This document shows, piece by piece, positions 60,193 through 64,000 of a stretch of DNA of 64,000 nucleotides. The notes beneath the pieces are model-generated. The model worked only from the letters and a program-made list of their open reading frames with translations. It had not been told where the DNA came from and did no database searches. The DNA is from Acidobacteria bacterium UBA2999. Its GTDB lineage: Bacteria > Acidobacteriota > Vicinamibacteria > Vicinamibacterales > UBA2999. The first letter of the stretch is position 1. Every line of letters starts with the position of its first letter. The stretch is taken from the NCBI GenBank assembly GCA_002346475.1, contig DDZV01000026.1:8-64007 (forward strand), read 5' to 3'. A program made the position numbers and the translations under genes.

Positions 60193-61248
60193 TTAGGGGT
60201 ACATCATTGCGTCGAAATGTGATGTGGTGTGTTCAGTAAATCCACCGTCGTCATTCCGCATAATAAAAAGTGCTGCTAACCCAAGCTCTTCGGCCTGTTC
60301 AAGGCTCTTCTCCAGTCCTAGGACCATGAATGCAGTCGAGAGACCGTCAGCTCTAACTGCTAGCGTATCGAGAACTGTCACGGATGCCAATTGGTGCTTG
60401 ATAGGCCACCCGGTGCGTGGGTCAAGTATATGGGTAATACGCTCTCCATTCACTTCATAATAGTTTCTGTAGTCTCCCGATGTTGCAATTGCACTATTCG
60501 AGACGGAGAGGATACGACTAATTGTCTCGCCACTTGCATCGGGTAGTTCTATGGCAATTTGCCACGGTAGACCACTAGCATTGTGACCACTCCCACGAAA
60601 TTCTCCACCGATATCTACAAGAAAATTATTAAAACCGTGAGATTCAAGCAAGGTAGCTAACCTATCGGCTGTGTATCCTGGTGCTAACGCTGAAAATTCA
60701 CATTGAATATCTGGACGGATTTTTCGAACTGTTATTGCTGTTGAATCCAGTTCAAGGTTCTCGATGCCTGTTGCTTCTAACGTACGTGTAATGACTTCAC
60801 TCTTAGGCATATGGTTACGCTGCTCATAAGGTCCTAGGCCCCAAAGTTCGAGGAGTGGTGCCGACGTAACATCGAGTGTCCCATTTGTTTCTTGGTCGAG
60901 TTTTACTGCCCATTGAAACACCTCAAATGTTATTGGTGAAACGGGAAACGGTTCTAGGCTCGTTGAACGGTTGAAGCGAGATAGTTCTGAGTTGGGATCC
61001 CATGTTGACATCAGCATATTGATTTTTTCGAGTTCAGCATGGATCTCAAGATCAAGTGCTTGAATGGAGACCTTTTCTAGGTTGCTTGGTTTGATGACAA
61101 CTTTAATGGAGAACATCGTTCCCATCGTAGGTCCTGAAAATTCGACTATTTGAGGTCTTTGGTGCTTTCCGACACAAGCAGCTGTGAGTATCAGAATTAT
61201 CGCGAAGGTTTTAACCGTACGATAATGCTGGGTTGGGGCAGATTGCAT
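60193..61248 (-). CDS. apbE: FAD:protein FMN transferase (flavin transferase ApbE), lipoprotein
   Basis: ORF track gives 60193..61299 (GTG), which overlaps nqrF. The ATG at 61248 gives MQSAPTQHYRTVKTFAIILILTAAC, a lipobox-type signal. ApbE motifs GPTMGTMFSIKV, GYTADRL, SGDYRNY and HILDPRTG are present. Confidence 0.88.
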   Translation of the reverse strand: MQSAPTQHYRTVKTFAIILILTAACVGKHQRPQIVEFSGPTMGTMFSIKVVIKPSNLEKVSIQALDLEIHAELEKINMLMSTWDPNSELSRFNRSTSLEPFPVSPITFEVFQWAVKLDQETNGTLDVTSAPLLELWGLGPYEQRNHMPKSEVITRTLEATGIENLELDSTAITVRKIRPDIQCEFSALAPGYTADRLATLLESHGFNNFLVDIGGEFRGSGHNASGLPWQIAIELPDASGETISRILSVSNSAIATSGDYRNYYEVNGERITHILDPRTGWPIKHQLASVTVLDTLAVRADGLSTAFMVLGLEKSLEQAEELGLAALFIMRNDDGGFTEHTTSHFDAMMYP

Positions 61249-61258
61249 GAGCAATTTG

Positions 61259-62485
61259 TTAACCGAAATCGTCGTAGAGAATATTTTCTGGTTCGACACC
61301 GAGGTCGTGAAGCATTTTCATGCAAGCGTTTAGCATTTGTGGTGGGCCACAGAGATAGTATTCAATATCCTCAGGGGACGGATGCGTGTTCAGATAGTTG
61401 TCGAGCACAACTTGGTGGATAAAGCCTGTGTGACCAGTCCATTGATCTTCTGGGAGTGGTTCTGACAGTGCCAGGTGCCAACTCATATTTTCATGTGTAG
61501 CTTGGATTTCATTGAAGTCACTGATGTAAAAAGCTTCTTGCAAGCTTCGTGCCCCGTACCAAAATGTCAGCTTCCGTTTAGTTTTTAAACGTTTAACCTG
61601 ATCAAAGATATGGGATCGCATAGGTGCCATCCCTGCACCGCCACCAATAAAGAGCATTTCTGCGTCAGTATCTTTTGCATAAAACTCCCCGAATGGTCCT
61701 GAGATTATGACTTTATCGTCTTGTTTAAGATTGAAAAGGTACGATGTCATCTTCCCAGGCGGAACATTTTCTGGACTTTTTGGTGGGGGAGATGCGATCC
61801 GGACGTTAAGTAAAATAACACCTTTTTCTTCTGGATAGTTTGCCATTGAATAAGCACGTGAAACAGGTTCCTCTACTTTTGACTCGTACCGCCACATATT
61901 GAACTTGTCCCAGTCATTTCTGTAGGCGCTATCAACATCAAAGCTACTGTACTTAACTTTGTGTGGTGGACATGTAATTTGAATGTATCCTCCGGCACGA
62001 AATGGCACAGATTCACCAGGCGGAAGCTCCAGCACCAGTTCTTTGATAAACGTTGCGACATTTTTATTTGAACGGACAGTGCATTCCCACTCTCGGACTG
62101 AGAAAATTTCTGGTGGCAGTTCGATACACATGTCGTTTTTCACCTTAACCTGACACGTCAGACGGACGCCATTCCGTTCTTCACCCCGTGTAACGTGGCT
62201 ACGTTCGGTTGGAAGTAAAATGCCACCACCTTCTAAGACATTTGCTTTGCATACTCCACAGGTACCCTTACCACCGCAGGCAGATGGGATAAAAATTTTA
62301 TTGGCAGCAAGTGTGCTAAGCAGAGTACTCCCAGCTGGTGTTGAGATTGCTTTTGAGTTGTCGTCGTTGATAACGATAGTGACCTTGCCACTAGCGACCA
62401 ATCGGCTTCGTGCCACGAGCACAATGACCACGAGTGCAACAATGACACTCGTGAACATTCCTACTCCTAGCAAGATGGTTATCAT
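61259..62485 (-). CDS. nqrF: Na+-translocating NADH:quinone oxidoreductase subunit F
   Basis: 408 aa. N-terminal TM helix, 2Fe-2S motif [11 protein letters not shown]...C, and an FAD/NADH domain ([25 protein letters not shown]). Confidence 0.96.
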   Translation of the reverse strand: MITILLGVGMFTSVIVALVVIVLVARSRLVASGKVTIVINDDNSKAISTPAGSTLLSTLAANKIFIPSACGGKGTCGVCKANVLEGGGILLPTERSHVTRGEERNGVRLTCQVKVKNDMCIELPPEIFSVREWECTVRSNKNVATFIKELVLELPPGESVPFRAGGYIQITCPPHKVKYSSFDVDSAYRNDWDKFNMWRYESKVEEPVSRAYSMANYPEEKGVILLNVRIASPPPKSPENVPPGKMTSYLFNLKQDDKVIISGPFGEFYAKDTDAEMLFIGGGAGMAPMRSHIFDQVKRLKTKRKLTFWYGARSLQEAFYISDFNEIQATHENMSWHLALSEPLPEDQWTGHTGFIHQVVLDNYLNTHPSPEDIEYYLCGPPQMLNACMKMLHDLGVEPENILYDDFG

Positions 62486-62487
62486 AG

Positions 62488-63105
62488 CTATAGCTGAATA
62501 CCGGCAAAGGCCATGAAGCCAATTGCCATCAAGCCAGTGATAATAAAAGTAATACCAAGTCCGCGGAGTCCAGCAGGGACGTTACTATAGCGCAGACGTT
62601 CGCGAATAGCTGCGAGCGCGACAATTGCGAGGAAAAATCCAGTACCTGATCCTATTCCGAACACGATACTTTCATCGAACGTGTATGCACGCTCAACCAT
62701 AAACAGTGACCCCCCAAGAATCGCGCAATTGACAGTAATGAGTGGGAGAAAGATCCCTAGCGTGGCATATAGCTTTGGTACGTAACGATCGAGAGTCATT
62801 TCTACAATTTGTACCATTGCAGCGATGGTTCCGATGTAAGTGAGATAACCTAAGAAATCAATGTTGTACTGTGCAAGGGATGGGTGAAGCCAAGCCAAAC
62901 CACCTTCTTTGAGTAGATGGTGATAAATCAAGTTGTTCATTGGTACAGTTATAGTCTGCACAACAATAACGGCAAACCCCAGCCCTACGGCTGTTTCAAC
63001 TTTTTTTGAAACAGCAAGAAATGAACACATACCTAGAAAGAAGGCAAGGGCCATATTTTCAACGAAGATAGCTTTGACTGCCAGGCTGAGATAATGCTCG
63101 GTCAT
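62488..63105 (-). CDS. nqrE: Na+-translocating NADH:quinone oxidoreductase subunit E
   Basis: 205 aa polytopic protein. [20 protein letters not shown] and TVNCAILGG are typical of NqrE/RnfA-type subunits. Operon position is between nqrD and nqrF. Confidence 0.93.
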   Translation of the reverse strand: MTEHYLSLAVKAIFVENMALAFFLGMCSFLAVSKKVETAVGLGFAVIVVQTITVPMNNLIYHHLLKEGGLAWLHPSLAQYNIDFLGYLTYIGTIAAMVQIVEMTLDRYVPKLYATLGIFLPLITVNCAILGGSLFMVERAYTFDESIVFGIGSGTGFFLAIVALAAIRERLRYSNVPAGLRGLGITFIITGLMAIGFMAFAGIQL

Positions 63106-63106
63106 C

Positions 63107-63733
63107 CTAGGCCTCTGGCTTCTCGATTTGTGCTGGTTTCCAGGTACGCAGTATCCATATAAATAAACCGATTAGAAAAAAAGCTCCTGGAGAAAGAACC
63201 ATGAGTCCGTTTGGTGTGTACCAACCACCTTCAGTGACTAATGTAAATACTGGTTGTCCAAAGAATGTTCCTGCACCGAAAATCTCTCTGAGCGCTCCTA
63301 CTAAAAGTAGAACAAAGCCGTACCCTAATCCGTTGCCGACACCATCTATAAAACTGAGTGAGGGTTTGTTCTGCATTGCGAATGCTTCAGCTCTTCCCAT
63401 AACGATGCAGTTGGTAATAATCAATCCTACAAATACGGACAGTTGTTTTGAGACGTCAAACAGAAATGCTTTGAGAAACTGGTCAACCACAATTACCAGC
63501 GATGCAATGATTGTAAGTTGTACGATGATACGGATATTTGTTGGGATCAAATTTCGCAAGATACTGACAAATAAATTTGCGAATGTTATAACGAACACCA
63601 CGGCCGCTGCCATGACAACAGCGGTCTCCATCTTAGTTGTGACTGCTAGAGCTGAGCAGATGCCAAGTACTTGTAGTGCGATTGGATTATTGTTAAATAG
63701 GGGATCGAGAAGCACCTCACGGGTTTTAGCCAT
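63107..63733 (-). CDS. nqrD: Na+-translocating NADH:quinone oxidoreductase subunit D
   Basis: 208 aa. [21 protein letters not shown] and [14 protein letters not shown] are typical of NqrD/RnfE-type subunits. Confidence 0.93.
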   Translation of the reverse strand: MAKTREVLLDPLFNNNPIALQVLGICSALAVTTKMETAVVMAAAVVFVITFANLFVSILRNLIPTNIRIIVQLTIIASLVIVVDQFLKAFLFDVSKQLSVFVGLIITNCIVMGRAEAFAMQNKPSLSFIDGVGNGLGYGFVLLLVGALREIFGAGTFFGQPVFTLVTEGGWYTPNGLMVLSPGAFFLIGLFIWILRTWKPAQIEKPEA

Positions 63734-64000
63734 TTGTCCCCTCTTTTAGTTGTTTAAGGTATAACCCATAACCATGTTCACCGAGCCAAAATTGCAGCAT
63801 ATTTGTTATGCCTCGACTGGTTATTGTGGCACCTGAGAGTCCGTCGACTCTATGTGGATCCTCCTGAGGCGTACCAGCGAGACCTCGTGCTACAGCAATA
63901 ATCGGAGTTCCTTGTGCATCAAAGGCTTTTCGGCCTGGCCAAAGTGCTTGCCACTTGAGATTGTCAACCTCTCCACCCAAGCCCGGTGTTTCTTTATGCT
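63726..64000 (-). CDS. nqrC: Na+-translocating NADH:quinone oxidoreductase subunit C, C-terminal part (gene runs off the window end)
   Basis: The frame is open to the window edge. It contains the covalent-FMN attachment motif [11 protein letters not shown]. Overlaps the nqrD start by 8 nt. Confidence 0.87.
   Translation of the reverse strand, partial: HKETPGLGGEVDNLKWQALWPGRKAFDAQGTPIIAVARGLAGTPQEDPHRVDGLSGATITSRGITNMLQFWLGEHGYGLYLKQLKEGTNG

Noticed and set aside
63201-63749. 182 aa plus-strand ORF
   Set aside because: It is a shadow ORF antisense to nqrD. It reads as low-complexity Thr/Ser/Asn-rich sequence.

Overview
This 64 kb window is gene-dense and looks like core chromosome from a diderm bacterium. 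It carries lpxD/lpxB and a Na+-NQR operon, and by eye it is AT-leaning. I cannot assign a lineage from sequence alone.

Nearly all long ORFs are recognisable housekeeping genes:
- DNA and nucleotide metabolism: ispA-xseB-xseA, nfo, dut.
- Translation and RNA: gatCA, typA, ettA, queG, and an rpoZ-like gene.
- Envelope: lpxD and lpxB, with two M16 peptidase genes between them. A third, fused M16 peptidase lies elsewhere.
- Central metabolism: acnA, a type II glutamine synthetase, speA, pepF.
- Methionine/SAM-cycle genes spread over about 16 kb: a SahR-like ArsR-methyltransferase regulator with metH, then ahcY and a class I aminotransferase.
- Respiration: the 3' half of the Na+-NQR operon, nqrC(partial)-D-E-F-apbE-nqrM.
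- Four minus-strand tRNA genes, all with encoded CCA: Leu-CAG, Lys-CTT, Arg-CCG and Arg-TCG. They bracket a Na/Pi cotransporter, PhoU-like and NRAMP-like gene block.

I found no CRISPR array, transposase, integrase, phage gene or recognisable defence gene, so I cannot point to a clear novel multi-gene system. The observations most worth a second look are:
- The NRAMP-like gene's apparent conserved N-terminus has no canonical start codon. It lies in frame directly behind the PhoU-like ORF's stop codon.
- A protein-coding operon appears to be embedded between co-oriented tRNA genes. tRNA-Lys starts 12 nt after a stop codon.
- A roughly 160 nt multi-hairpin leader precedes the glutamine synthetase gene.
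- Palindromes sit at the SahR-like gene, ahcY and speA.
- A PAL-like NHL-propeller lipoprotein sits in a cluster of uncharacterised exported proteins.
- A free-standing UvrD/PcrA-C-terminal-like Tudor domain carries a lysine-rich tail.

All functional calls rest on motif recognition by eye. No database search was run.
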